Shown one piece after another: positions 42,950 to 56,923 of a DNA stretch of 64,000 bases. A model generated the notes under the pieces. It worked only from the letters and a program-made list of their open reading frames with translations, ran no database searches and was not told where the DNA came from. Position numbers and translations under genes: made by a program. The DNA is from an uncultured delta proteobacterium (GTDB lineage Bacteria > Desulfobacterota > Binatia > UBA9968). The stretch spans positions 192,001 to 256,000 of the forward strand of contig CAWDPO010000010.1 in assembly GCA_963804165.1 (NCBI GenBank). The letters are read 5' to 3'. How positions within the stretch are numbered: position 1 is the stretch's first letter; every line of letters begins with the position of its first letter.

Positions 42950-44203
42950 ATGGGATCGTTCTACAAGTTGTGCCTTCCACTGTTCTGCGTGCCCGCGCTC
43001 GCTCTCGCCGGAATAATCTATTTTGCCGTCGACACCGAGCCTGCCATCCATCGCGTCGCCGAAATCACGCCCTTGGACGTCGAGCGGGCTAAGCTCATCC
43101 TCGAGCAGAATTATCCACGTAAACTGAGACCCGGTGAGCGCCGCACGATCTCGGTACGCGAATCGGATCTCGACCTTGCGGCAAACTATTTGGCGCAGCA
43201 ATACGCGGCCGGCGGCGCTCGAGTGCAATTGCAGGGTGATACTTTGATCGTCGATACGAGTCTGAGGCTGCCGATTCTCTCCGTGCCCCTTTATTTAAAC
43301 GTGGATGCGATCCTCGCGGAAGACGGCGCGTTGCCGAGGCTCGATTCGCTGCGGATTGGGCGGCTCCCCATTCCTCCAGAACTGGCGCATCTGCTGATTC
43401 CGCGTTTGCTGGCTTTGGCCTACGGCAGCGCCGAGGTTCATTCGCTAAGCAGCGTGATCAAGGAAGTCACCATTGAGGACGACAGGATTGCGCTGACTTA
43501 TGAGTGGCAAGCCGACTTGCCCGACGCGTTGCGCACAGCGCTGGTGTCCGCCGCGGAAAAAGAAAGACTGCGCCTTTATCATGAACGCTTGACAGCCGTA
43601 AGCGAATCAATTGCAACCCGAAAAGTGTCGCTCACCAGATTGCTCGTTCCCCTTTTCGCGCTCGCCGCGGAGCGGTCGGCCGATAACGATCCCGTCGCGG
43701 AAAACCGGGCAGCGATACTGGTCCTCACTCTTTACGTCAATAACCAAAGCCTGGAAAGAATCGTAGCGGACGCGCGTAACTGGCCTCGCCCAACCCGTCA
43801 CCGCGCGCTGCTCAACGGGCGCACCGATTTTCCCAAGCATTTCATGGTCTCGGCCGCGCTGGCCGCCAAAGCCGGCGGCCCGCTGTCCGACGCCGTGGGT
43901 GTTTACAAGGAAATCGAAGACTCCCGGCACGGCAGCGGCTTTTCGTTCAACGACATCGCCGCTGACCGGGCGGGCACGCGCTTGGGCGAAGACGCCGCTG
44001 AGCCTGCGTCAGCGCGCATCCTGCAGCGACGCCTGAGCGCGGTCGTCAGCGAACAGGACATCATGCCCGTGACGGCCGATCTGCCTCAGTTCATGCCCGA
44101 GCCCGAGTTTCTCCGCCGCTTTGGCGGCGTGGACGCCCCCGAGTATAAGAAGATGATGAGAGTCATCGAGCAGCGCGTCGTGGCGCTGCCGCTTTATCGG
44201 TGA
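42950..44203 (+). CDS. Uncharacterised membrane-anchored/exported protein
   Basis: N-terminal TM; conserved-looking C-terminal HFMVSAAL...GVYKEIEDS..GSGFSFNDIAADRAG. Confidence 0.75.
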   Translation: MGSFYKLCLPLFCVPALALAGIIYFAVDTEPAIHRVAEITPLDVERAKLILEQNYPRKLRPGERRTISVRESDLDLAANYLAQQYAAGGARVQLQGDTLIVDTSLRLPILSVPLYLNVDAILAEDGALPRLDSLRIGRLPIPPELAHLLIPRLLALAYGSAEVHSLSSVIKEVTIEDDRIALTYEWQADLPDALRTALVSAAEKERLRLYHERLTAVSESIATRKVSLTRLLVPLFALAAERSADNDPVAENRAAILVLTLYVNNQSLERIVADARNWPRPTRHRALLNGRTDFPKHFMVSAALAAKAGGPLSDAVGVYKEIEDSRHGSGFSFNDIAADRAGTRLGEDAAEPASARILQRRLSAVVSEQDIMPVTADLPQFMPEPEFLRRFGGVDAPEYKKMMRVIEQRVVALPLYR

Positions 44204-44289
44204 AACCGGAAGGTTTGGCTATTTCGCGGCATCGGCTTGCAACACGCCACGCGAATCCCAATATTGCAGCAATGTTCGGCACAGTTAAT

Positions 44290-44337
44290 TTCTAAACGAT
44301 TTGAACGGCTTGAACCGTTTGAATGACTTGAACGGTT
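44290..44337. repeat. Nonamer (TTGAAC-containing) tandem repeat, copy 2
   Basis: ttctaaacgatttgaacggcttgaaccgtttgaatgacttgaacggtt. Confidence 0.75.
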
Positions 44338-44345
44338 TTTCTCCC

Positions 44346-45116
44346 CTACTTCTGAAACTGCTCCCGCGGAAAATTTGCTGTCGCCATCACGCCGCCGTCG
44401 ACGACCAACGGATGCCCGTAAATGAAATCCGAATCTTCGCTGACGAGAAAAAGCGCGGCTTTCGCTTGATCGTCCGCGGTACCGAGCCGTCCCGCGAGAT
44501 TTTGAAACGTCCGATTGCCGGCCACGTCGTCGTCGTAACCGACCGGCGACCCGGAGCGGTTCGGCACAACGCAGTTGACGCGAATTTTATATTCCGCCAG
44601 CTGGACCGCCATAGCGCGGGTCATATTGATGACCCCGGCCTTCGCCGCGGCGTAGGCAATGCCGTCGAACCGTCCGATCATGCCCGAGGTCGAGCCGAAA
44701 TTAAGGATCTTTCCGCCCCGCTCCTGCCTGCGCATTTGTTCTGCGACGTATTTTGTCATCAAATAGGGGCCCTTGAGACTCACCGCGATAACCTTGTCGA
44801 ACTCTTCCTCGGTGCTGTCGAAAATATTGGCGTGGTCCGTCAGCGCTGCGTTGTTGACGAGAATATCGATACCGCCGAACTTAGCGACAACTTTTTTGAC
44901 CAACTCCTGCACGTCCTTCGAGTTTGAAACATCGCCGAGCACCAGCATGGCTTCTTTGCCGGATTGTTTGATTTCGTCGACCACCGACTGCCCGCGTCCC
45001 TCATGCATTTCCGCCACGGCGATCTTCGCACCTTCCGAGGCGAACAGTTTCGCCATCGCCTTGCCAATGTTTCTTCCCGCCCCGGTGATGATCGCGATCT
45101 GTCCCTTTAACTTCAT
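44346..45116 (-). CDS. SDR family oxidoreductase
   Basis: TGAGRNIG, ILVNNA, YAAAK catalytic motif, IRVN. Confidence 0.93.
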   Translation of the reverse strand: MKLKGQIAIITGAGRNIGKAMAKLFASEGAKIAVAEMHEGRGQSVVDEIKQSGKEAMLVLGDVSNSKDVQELVKKVVAKFGGIDILVNNAALTDHANIFDSTEEEFDKVIAVSLKGPYLMTKYVAEQMRRQERGGKILNFGSTSGMIGRFDGIAYAAAKAGVINMTRAMAVQLAEYKIRVNCVVPNRSGSPVGYDDDVAGNRTFQNLAGRLGTADDQAKAALFLVSEDSDFIYGHPLVVDGGVMATANFPREQFQK

Positions 45117-45235
45117 TTCATAGTTTCCTTTCTCATTGTCGGTTTACGCATCTGCTGTGGCGGCACTATGTGCGCCTAGCCCGCGGTTAAGTCTAAATAT
45201 CTCCAGGGCAACGACGCGCATGATCACCGGGGAAC

Positions 45236-45784
45236 TTAAAGCCTGAGGTCGTCCGGCGGAGTGAACGTGTAGACGTCGAAAGTATTCAGCGTACAGGCCA
45301 ACATCGCATAGTAGCCGATGGTGGCGGTGAGTTCGACCATGCCTTTTTCGCCGAAGCGTCCGTAGATCGCCTGAAACGTCGCCTCGCTAACGCGGTGAGA
45401 ATGAATCATCTCGCGCACAAAGCTCACGATCTGCGCGTCCTCGGACGCAAAACTCTCCGCGCCTTTTTTCTGATAGACGGCGCGAATCGTTTCCATCGGT
45501 ATGCCGGCTTTCTGGCCGTGCATGATATGCGCCGCCCATTCGTGTTTGCACTCGAGCTCCCGCGCCGACACCAACGCTGTGAACTCGACGACTTTATGAT
45601 CTAGGCTGGATTCGAAACGGATATAACTCCCCAGATGTGCCGTGCGCGCCGCGAGCTCCGGGCTATGCAACAGGGCCAGCCACGGTCCGCCGACGACGCC
45701 GCGACTTTGCGCGATGGATTCGTAAACTTTTTGATCTGCCGCGGCCAAGTCTTCTTTTTTATCGATGGTTGCGATGCGCGCCAT
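45236..45784 (-). CDS. Carboxymuconolactone decarboxylase / AhpD-like family protein
   Basis: GPWLALLHSPEL, EWAAH, FGEKGMVELTATIGYY. Confidence 0.85.
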   Translation of the reverse strand: MARIATIDKKEDLAAADQKVYESIAQSRGVVGGPWLALLHSPELAARTAHLGSYIRFESSLDHKVVEFTALVSARELECKHEWAAHIMHGQKAGIPMETIRAVYQKKGAESFASEDAQIVSFVREMIHSHRVSEATFQAIYGRFGEKGMVELTATIGYYAMLACTLNTFDVYTFTPPDDLRL

Positions 45785-45796
45785 TTTTTCTCCGTA

Positions 45797-46924
45797 TTAC
45801 GCTAGTTTTTCTTTGAGCCACTGCGTCACGATATCCACGACCTCATCGTTCGCTTGGCCCTTCTTGCGTCCCATATGGCCGGCGCCGGGGATAATGCGCA
45901 GATCCTTCGGGCTGCCGTGCTCCGCCAGCAAGTAAAGATCGCTGATCGGATGCTGATCGTCTTCCTTGCCATTGATGCAAAGCAGCGGCGCGCAGGGTTG
46001 ATCGATCAAGCCTTGAGTCACCAACGATAACGTCGGCGCTATCTTGAGTGTCTCTTCGAGCGTCCTCACGCCAAAAATGTAAGATCGCGCATCCAGCAGG
46101 CTCGCCGGCCCCATGAGGTATTGCGACGCGGTCAATGTTAAAGCCGGGCGCAGCCATTCGTCTTGAAACGTTCGATGGACGCCGGCGCCCCAATTCACCG
46201 CGCCGCTCAACCGCTTCGGTTCGGTGTGGGCCAGCTTTGCCGCCCAGTAACCGCCGAAACTGCCGCCCATGCACGCAATGCGCTTTCCATCGACGTCGTT
46301 GCGGCCTTCGAGGTAATCCAGCGCCGAGGAAAAAGTTCGCTCGGCGCGCGGATCGCTGCCGAGGCAGGGATTTTCGCCGGCGCCCGGCATGTCGATGGTA
46401 AAGCAAGCGAGGCCCGCCTTGAGCAAGACGTCGTTGTTCGTGCGGCGGTCCTCTTTCCAGCCGTCGACGCCGCCCCAATGCATCACCACCGGGGGTCGAT
46501 GGACGCCTCGCGGAACCTGCAAATAACCGACGACTTTCTTTCCTTCAAAGGGAATCTCGATGCGCTCCAAAGGCGGGTCCATCGTTGGCGCCGCCTTTAA
46601 AAAAGTCCTGAGCGCGCCTTTGTAGCAGTTCATTTTTTCCGGGCTGCTCGGCACCGGATAGCGCCCGATGCGATAATATTCATAGGCCAGATAATAAGTC
46701 TCGCCGGCGTCCTCTTTTTTGCCCATTTTTTCCTGCTCATCGGCGAGGGCCTCGTACTTCAAACCGAATTTCCCCCACTCTCTGCCCCACAGATCGGCAT
46801 CGAGGCTCGTAAGATTCTTCACCACCTGCTCGACGTCTGCCTTTTTCACCCGCTCGAAGGGATTGATGCGACCGGCGCGATGCAAAATATCCGCCTTGAT
46901 TTCTTCGAGAGTTTTTTCCGCCAT
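45797..46924 (-). CDS. Alpha/beta hydrolase, FrsA-like (paralog of 41786-42880)
   Basis: GGVDGWKE, DMPGAGE, GGSFGGYWAAK, GKEDDQ, GHMG. Confidence 0.85.
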   Translation of the reverse strand: MAEKTLEEIKADILHRAGRINPFERVKKADVEQVVKNLTSLDADLWGREWGKFGLKYEALADEQEKMGKKEDAGETYYLAYEYYRIGRYPVPSSPEKMNCYKGALRTFLKAAPTMDPPLERIEIPFEGKKVVGYLQVPRGVHRPPVVMHWGGVDGWKEDRRTNNDVLLKAGLACFTIDMPGAGENPCLGSDPRAERTFSSALDYLEGRNDVDGKRIACMGGSFGGYWAAKLAHTEPKRLSGAVNWGAGVHRTFQDEWLRPALTLTASQYLMGPASLLDARSYIFGVRTLEETLKIAPTLSLVTQGLIDQPCAPLLCINGKEDDQHPISDLYLLAEHGSPKDLRIIPGAGHMGRKKGQANDEVVDIVTQWLKEKLA

Positions 46925-46941
46925 GACCTTTTTCTTCTCTC

Positions 46942-47922
46942 TTACGATTTCGCGCCGGATTCGCGCGCCAGGGTTTTCAACGCCGACTTGTAGAACCGGT
47001 CGTCGACAAACTGCTCCGGGTTGAACTTCGGTTTTTCTTTGAGAATGGCGAATTCCAGCTCGGCACGCTTGTAAAGCCCCTCGGCGCTCAGCCCGGGAAT
47101 GTAAGCGTCGCGCATAAGGTCGTAGAGCGACGCGGCGATTTCCCGTTCATGCATCCTGCCGGCCTTCATGATGACGTCGATGGCGCCCTCGCGGTTGGCG
47201 CGAATCCAGTAAAGCGCCTTCATCACCGCGTTGACCATCCGCTGCGTCACCTCCGGTTCCTCCTGGACCTGTTTGTTCATCGCCTGGAGAGCACTAAACG
47301 GAACGTTTTTGAATTCGTCGCCCATATAGATCAGGCGTTTGAATCCCGCTTTCATCAGCGGCCGATCCGTCGGCGGCGCAAATAACGCCGCGGCAGCTCG
47401 TCCTTGAACCAACGCCACCGCCTTGCCTTCGTTGTCGGGAATGTTTAGGTACTCGGCGAACTTCTCGTTGTAACCGTATTTGACGATCAGCGCTTGCAAC
47501 ACGCTATAGGTCGAGCCGCCGAAGGTCACGGCAATCTTCGCGCCTTTGAGATCTTCCAATCGTTTAATTTCGGGACGCGTGATCAAGCTGAACGGAATTT
47601 GATTGAAGATCTGCAACAGAACGCGAATCTGCTCGCCTTTGAACATAGCGTGCATCGACGGACCGAAAGCCGACGAATAGTGGACGCTGCCGGAGAGCAG
47701 AGCTTGCACGTTCATCGCGTTGCCGCGCAGCACAACGATGTTGACGTTGGTCAAGCCCATCTCTTCGTAAAACTTTCTATCCTTCGCCACGTAATACGCC
47801 AAGTGCTGCACGTTGCCGGGCCCGGGAAGCGACACGTAAACGGGCTTGCTGTACTGCGCCCGTGCGGCGATCGGAAGTAAGAATAGCGCTAGCGTGAAAC
47901 CGAGAATACTCAGCCGTTTCAT
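46942..47922 (-). CDS. ABC transporter substrate-binding protein, NitT/TauT family
   Basis: Signal peptide ARA-Q, YVAKDRKFYEEMGL, DLKGAKIAV..GGST. Confidence 0.85.
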   Translation of the reverse strand: MKRLSILGFTLALFLLPIAARAQYSKPVYVSLPGPGNVQHLAYYVAKDRKFYEEMGLTNVNIVVLRGNAMNVQALLSGSVHYSSAFGPSMHAMFKGEQIRVLLQIFNQIPFSLITRPEIKRLEDLKGAKIAVTFGGSTYSVLQALIVKYGYNEKFAEYLNIPDNEGKAVALVQGRAAAALFAPPTDRPLMKAGFKRLIYMGDEFKNVPFSALQAMNKQVQEEPEVTQRMVNAVMKALYWIRANREGAIDVIMKAGRMHEREIAASLYDLMRDAYIPGLSAEGLYKRAELEFAILKEKPKFNPEQFVDDRFYKSALKTLARESGAKS

Positions 47923-47984
47923 AAAAAATTCTCCCGGAGAGAATTGTGAATTAGCTTGGCACGGACTTAACAGAAAGGGCGTGA

Positions 47985-49061
47985 CTAGCGCAAGCCCCGC
48001 AAGCGCGGATCGAGCACCTCGCGCAGCCCCTCACCGACCAGATAGTAGGCGAGCACGGTAATAAAGATCGCGAAGCCGGGAAACACCGCGAGCCACCACG
48101 CAAAAGTCGTGGTGCTCGCCTCGTGCAAGATGGAACCCCAGGTAACCAGCTCGGCGGGCACGCCGATGCCGAGAAAGCTCAGACTGGATTCGACGAGAAT
48201 CGCGCCCGCAATGCCGAGGACAACGGAGACGATCACGGGTGCGAGCGCATTGGGCAGTATATGTTTGAACATCACTTTACGATTCGAAACTCCCAACGCA
48301 ATGGCGGCGGTCACATAATCCAAATTGCGAATTTGCAGGAATTCGTTGCGGGTAAACCGTGCAATTCCTACCCAGCTCGTAAGACCGATAATTGCCATCG
48401 TTAAGAAAATGCTGGGCGGCAAGAGCGCGGCTATGGTGATCAATAGAAATAACGTCGGCATGGTCATCATGATTTCAAACATTCGGGATATCAGTAAATC
48501 TTCCCACGACGCAAAGTACCCGGCGACCGCGCCGAGGATTACGCCGATGATCACTGAGATGCTGACGGCGACAAAGCCTATCGACAACGATATTCGAGCT
48601 CCATGGATAATGCCCGCCAAGACGTCACGTCCCAGTTTGTCGGTGCCGAACCAGTGCTTCGTCGAAGGGGGCTCAACGGGTTCAAATAAGTTGATGTTTG
48701 TTTGTCGATATGGGATCGGTGGGAAAACAGATTTAGCTCCGTCAAGTTTCTTGAAGTCTACGTTGAGCAATTCCGCCGGCCATTGTCCGAGTTTGGCGCC
48801 TACAATATAACTACGAAAAATCGGAAAGTAGGTCTTGCCTCGGTATACGAGATAGTACGGCTTGTCGTTGGCGATAAAATCCGCAAAAAGCGCCATGAAC
48901 GCCAGAAAGCAGACAGTATAGAGCCCGGCCAGTGCGATTGGATTGTGCTTGAATCGCCTCCATACGTCAGACCACAACCCTCCAGCAATTTCACCGGCTT
49001 CCAGCGAAACTTCTAAATCCGTTGCTTCGAGAGATGCACTATTGGTTTGGCTGGGGCTCAT
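47985..49061 (-). CDS. oppC: Peptide ABC transporter permease (OppC/DppC)
   Basis: HWFGTDKLGRD, YVTAAIALG, HILPN, GEGLREVLDPR. Confidence 0.92.
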   Translation of the reverse strand: MSPSQTNSASLEATDLEVSLEAGEIAGGLWSDVWRRFKHNPIALAGLYTVCFLAFMALFADFIANDKPYYLVYRGKTYFPIFRSYIVGAKLGQWPAELLNVDFKKLDGAKSVFPPIPYRQTNINLFEPVEPPSTKHWFGTDKLGRDVLAGIIHGARISLSIGFVAVSISVIIGVILGAVAGYFASWEDLLISRMFEIMMTMPTLFLLITIAALLPPSIFLTMAIIGLTSWVGIARFTRNEFLQIRNLDYVTAAIALGVSNRKVMFKHILPNALAPVIVSVVLGIAGAILVESSLSFLGIGVPAELVTWGSILHEASTTTFAWWLAVFPGFAIFITVLAYYLVGEGLREVLDPRLRGLR

Positions 49062-50089
49062 TGTAGTCGTCGGCCAAAAGCGATCCTCGGGTCAACCATG
49101 GAAAGAAGAATATCAGAAATCAAAATGCCCATCAGCGTGAGCACCGAGCTCACGGTCAGTAAAGCCAATACCGTAGGATAGTCCCGCGCTAATACCGATT
49201 CATAACCCAACTGTCCCAGGCCAGGGATAGAGAATATCGTTTCAATAATGATGCTTCCGCCTATGAGTCCTGGCAGGATTGACGCCAGAATCGTCACTTG
49301 AGGAATCAACGAATTGCGCAGCACATGCTTAAAAATGACCATGCTTTCTTGAAGTCCCTTGGCTCTGGCAACCTGAACATAGTCCTGGCGCAAGACTTCA
49401 AGCATGCTTGATCTCATGTACCGCGATAAGCCGGCGAAACCATCGTAAGAGAGCAAGACGACAGGCAAGAACAGATGCCAGGTGTGATCTTTAATTTTTT
49501 TCCAGATTGACCAATTCTCGGAAAATTCTAGAGACTCGATCCCGCCCGGCGGAAACAAATAATAGAAATCGCCGCCGCAAATGAACACGATCGCCATGGT
49601 CGCGGCCCAAACCAAGGGAACAGCGAAGAGAACGAAAGCGGCCAAAGTCGTAACCTGATCAGCGAAGGAATTCGGATGGGTAGCGGAATAAATCCCCAGC
49701 GGGATCGCGACCAGGTAAACCACCAAGATCGACCAGAAATTGAGTTTGACTGTCACCGGCAATCGTTCGGCGATCTTGCTCCAGACCGATTGGCTGTCTT
49801 TGAACGAATCACCAAAGTTCAATGTGAATAAATTCTTCAGCCAAACGACGTATTGCACATGCAGTGGTTTATCGAGACCATATTGCGCCCGCCACTGGGC
49901 CATCGCCTCATCGACCGCGCCACGTTTTTCGACGGAAATACCGCCGCCCGCCGCGGCGCCGAGACCACCCGCGGCGCGCAGCTCAGCCGGATCGCCGGGC
50001 GTCAACCGCATGATCAGAAAACTGATTAAGGTGATGCCGATGAACGTAGGAATCATTAGCAGTGAGCGTTGAATTAAGTAAGAAACCAT
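49058..50089 (-). CDS. oppB: Peptide ABC transporter permease (OppB/DppB)
   Basis: YGLDKPL, RSSMLEVLRQDYVQVARAKGL, HVLRNS, DPRI. Confidence 0.92.
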   Translation of the reverse strand: MVSYLIQRSLLMIPTFIGITLISFLIMRLTPGDPAELRAAGGLGAAAGGGISVEKRGAVDEAMAQWRAQYGLDKPLHVQYVVWLKNLFTLNFGDSFKDSQSVWSKIAERLPVTVKLNFWSILVVYLVAIPLGIYSATHPNSFADQVTTLAAFVLFAVPLVWAATMAIVFICGGDFYYLFPPGGIESLEFSENWSIWKKIKDHTWHLFLPVVLLSYDGFAGLSRYMRSSMLEVLRQDYVQVARAKGLQESMVIFKHVLRNSLIPQVTILASILPGLIGGSIIIETIFSIPGLGQLGYESVLARDYPTVLALLTVSSVLTLMGILISDILLSMVDPRIAFGRRLQ

Positions 50090-50100
50090 GGTCTGTCGGG

Positions 50101-51873
50101 CTATTGCGCGCTGACGGTATTAGCGAATTTTTGCTGCGCAACGGGAACCCACCAATCGATAGGCCGCAGTCCATCCGGGAAAACTTTGACGCCTTGGAAA
50201 CGGCGCTGCACCGCAGAAACCCGCTTGCTGATGTATAGAAACGTATAGGGTTGCTCTTCGCTTATGATCTCCTGGAACTCTTTGTACATTTCGATCCGTT
50301 TTTGCGGATCGAACTGGCGCCGATACTGTTCAAGGATCTCGTCCACGCGGGCGTTTTTGTAACTAATGGCATTTGAACCTTTGTTGGCCGCTTGAGACGA
50401 GTGCCATACCTGGTACGCGTCCGGTTCAGTGGTCGACATTTGCCAGCCAAGCACGACCGCGTCAAATTGATGATTCTTGACGTCGTTTAGAAAAATCGTC
50501 CAGTCCAGCTCTCGAACACTCGCGGCAATGCCGTGCTTCTTTAACTCGTCCAAGAGCACCAGCGCCACGCTTCTTCGCACAGCATTACCGGCATTCACTT
50601 TTATCTCAAATCGCAAAGGCATTTTCTTACCGTCGATTACCTTATCGAGCACGCCGTCGCCGTCTGTATCTTTCCAACCGGCCTCGTTAAGCAAAGCGAT
50701 CGCCTTCGCCGGGTCGAAGGGGTAACTTTTCAGGCTTTTGTCATATTCCGGCCGGAAAAGATAAATGTGGCTATCGACGACTTCACCGAGACCAAAGAGC
50801 ACGAATTTTACGATTTGCTTGCGATCCGTCATGTAAGTCATCGCCTTGCGCACTCGCTTATCGCGAAAGATCGGATGATCGTTGTTCCAACCGATGTAAC
50901 TATAGGTCGGAGCATAGTACTCGTATTTCTGGAATTCCTGCTTGAATCTTTCGCTGTTCGTGCCGCGGATAGTTTGGATCGGCTGCAACACCTCCATGTA
51001 ATCGAGGCTGCCGCTTTTGAGCCTAATCAACGCGGCATCCATGTTGTTGATGATGCGAAATTTGAGCCGATCCAGATGCGCTTGATCGATGCCATCCTTT
51101 CCATTTCCCCAATAATTGGTATCGCGCACCAACTCCAGTTCGCGACCGGTTTTCCAGATGCTAAATTTATACGGCCCGCTCCCCATCGGATTACGACTAT
51201 AATTTTTATTGAACTGCTCGCCGAATGTTTTTACCTCGCCCGGCAGCTTGGCGGGATCTTGGCTGAGCTGTTTGACGGAAACGCGTGCCAGAAGGTTTTT
51301 CGGATCGTAGTAGTGACGCGGCAACAAGAGGATTTGCCCGAGCACGCTTTCGTTGAGGAAATAGGGCTCCTTGGTGACGAAACGTATCGTGTATGGATCG
51401 ACAAGCTCCGCGTCGATGAGGGAATTGAAATACACCCTGAGAAAAGGCGCGTTTACAAATGGACATTTGATCGCCTTCACGCTGAAAAGAACATCCTCAC
51501 CCGTCATCGGGCGTCCGTCTTGAAAACGAACATCCTTGCGAATTTTGAATGTGTAGATCAACTTGTCTTTAGAAATTTCCGGCCGGGCCTCGGCGATCAG
51601 CGGCTTGAATTCCAGCGTTTGCGGCTCGCGCGTCAGCAGGCTTTCAAAAATGAAATTCAGTACCTCGCTGGACGAAGCGTCGTTCGACGTCAGCGGATTG
51701 AGTTGCTCAGGGTCGCTCAGGCTGTGCAGAACCAGCCAGTCTCCGGTAACCGGCTTACCGGGATCTTTGGCGCTCGCCGCCGGTTTTACGTCGGAAACTT
51801 TTACTTCGGTCTTATCGCCGCAGGCGATAAGCAACAGCAGAGCTAAAACGACTCGCCAGGTTCCCCAGAACAT
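50101..51873 (-). CDS. oppA: Peptide ABC transporter substrate-binding lipoprotein (OppA/AppA)
   Basis: Lipobox LIAC; FKIRKDVRFQDG, GSGPYKF, DKRVRKA, GWKDTDGDG. Confidence 0.9.
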   Translation of the reverse strand: MFWGTWRVVLALLLLIACGDKTEVKVSDVKPAASAKDPGKPVTGDWLVLHSLSDPEQLNPLTSNDASSSEVLNFIFESLLTREPQTLEFKPLIAEARPEISKDKLIYTFKIRKDVRFQDGRPMTGEDVLFSVKAIKCPFVNAPFLRVYFNSLIDAELVDPYTIRFVTKEPYFLNESVLGQILLLPRHYYDPKNLLARVSVKQLSQDPAKLPGEVKTFGEQFNKNYSRNPMGSGPYKFSIWKTGRELELVRDTNYWGNGKDGIDQAHLDRLKFRIINNMDAALIRLKSGSLDYMEVLQPIQTIRGTNSERFKQEFQKYEYYAPTYSYIGWNNDHPIFRDKRVRKAMTYMTDRKQIVKFVLFGLGEVVDSHIYLFRPEYDKSLKSYPFDPAKAIALLNEAGWKDTDGDGVLDKVIDGKKMPLRFEIKVNAGNAVRRSVALVLLDELKKHGIAASVRELDWTIFLNDVKNHQFDAVVLGWQMSTTEPDAYQVWHSSQAANKGSNAISYKNARVDEILEQYRRQFDPQKRIEMYKEFQEIISEEQPYTFLYISKRVSAVQRRFQGVKVFPDGLRPIDWWVPVAQQKFANTVSAQ

Positions 51874-51876
51874 CGC

Positions 51877-52694
51877 TCAACTGCCGATCGCCTCGATCGG
51901 CACTTCCTGGACGTTGGCGGGTTTTTGCTGCGAGAAAAGTTCGCTAGGTAGGGCAGCGTTGAGCTCCGGCTGTTGGTAACGGATCTCGAGCTTCTTTTTT
52001 TGCAGAACGGCCTCGAAGACGATGCGCAGCGGAAACAGCCCGGCGGGCGTAGAAACGTAATCGCTGAAACGGGCGGTCAATTCGACTTTCTCGTCAGCAG
52101 TGAATCGTTCCCATTTGGTCGGCACCGGCTGGGACGACTCGAAGGTCAACACGTCGCGCTTGCGCCCGTTGGGAGAAAAAACCAGCGTGTTGCCTTCTTG
52201 CTTCGACGGCGCACTGACGTCGACTGGCGGCAGGCCGATCAGCAACGTAGTAATTTCTTCCAGCTCGAGGGGAATCTGCGTGTAGCGCCGTAGATTATCT
52301 TTGGTGCGCCCGCCGCGCACAAAGACCCCTTCGCGCGGATGATAGCCGACGATCTCTTTGCTATTCGCCGTGACGATGAGAATCGCGCCCAAGAACGTCA
52401 GCGTCTCCAAACGCAGGCGATCGGGCCGTTGCACTAAAACCGCTTCTTGAAAGCCATGCTTGCCTTCCGGTCCGGCGTAGTCAACCTGTGCGAGCGCGCG
52501 CATGGAGCGCAGCTGCTTGTCTCGTTGCGTGACCGATTCGATCAGTTTGCCCGCTTCCCACTGCGGCGCGGGCAGCTTGGGCTCGAGCGGCGGCGCAACC
52601 GTCGCGCAGCCGAACAGTCCGAGGGCGACCGTAGCCAAAAATAGACGTGTCAGGGAATGAACTAGGGCAACGACGGCGCGCCGCTCAACCAAGA

Positions 52695-52698
<4 letters not shown>
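51877..52698 (-). CDS. LolA/LolB-like (DUF4292-type) lipoprotein
   Basis: Lipobox LFGC; RPDRLRLE; beta-rich; follows the TPR lipoprotein as lolB-like genes do. Confidence 0.65.
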
Positions 52699-56596
<3,898 letters not shown>

Positions 56597-56602
56597 TTAA
56601 TA

Positions 56603-56923
56603 CTAATAACGATCGCGGCGCGGCGGCCGGCCACCGCCAGCGCCGAAACCGCCGCCGGAGCGCGAGTCGCGGGGTGCCTGCGGCCGCGCTTCGCTGACGA
56701 CGATATTGCGCCCCTCGAAGTCGGTGCCGTTCAACGCGTTGGTCGCCTTTTCAGCTTCTTGATCCGAGCTCATTTCGACGAAGCCGAAACCCTTCGAACG
56801 GCCGCTGAACTTGTCGGTAATGATCCGCGCGCTGACCACTGAGCCATGTTGCGCGAAGTGTTGCTGGAGCCTTTCCTCTGTCACGTTATAGGAAAGGTTC
56901 CCAACGTATAACTTTGCTCCCAT
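56603..56923 (-). CDS. RRM RNA-binding protein with Gly/Arg-rich tail
   Basis: KLYVGNL (RNP2), KGFGFVEM (RNP1); ATG at 56923 with AAGGAGG RBS. Confidence 0.95.
   Translation of the reverse strand: MGAKLYVGNLSYNVTEERLQQHFAQHGSVVSARIITDKFSGRSKGFGFVEMSSDQEAEKATNALNGTDFEGRNIVVSEARPQAPRDSRSGGGFGAGGGRPPRRDRY

Noticed and set aside
41714-44337. CRISPR array suggested by the 36-nt direct repeats
   Set aside because: Only two copies, 2.5 kb apart, internally periodic, and no cas genes
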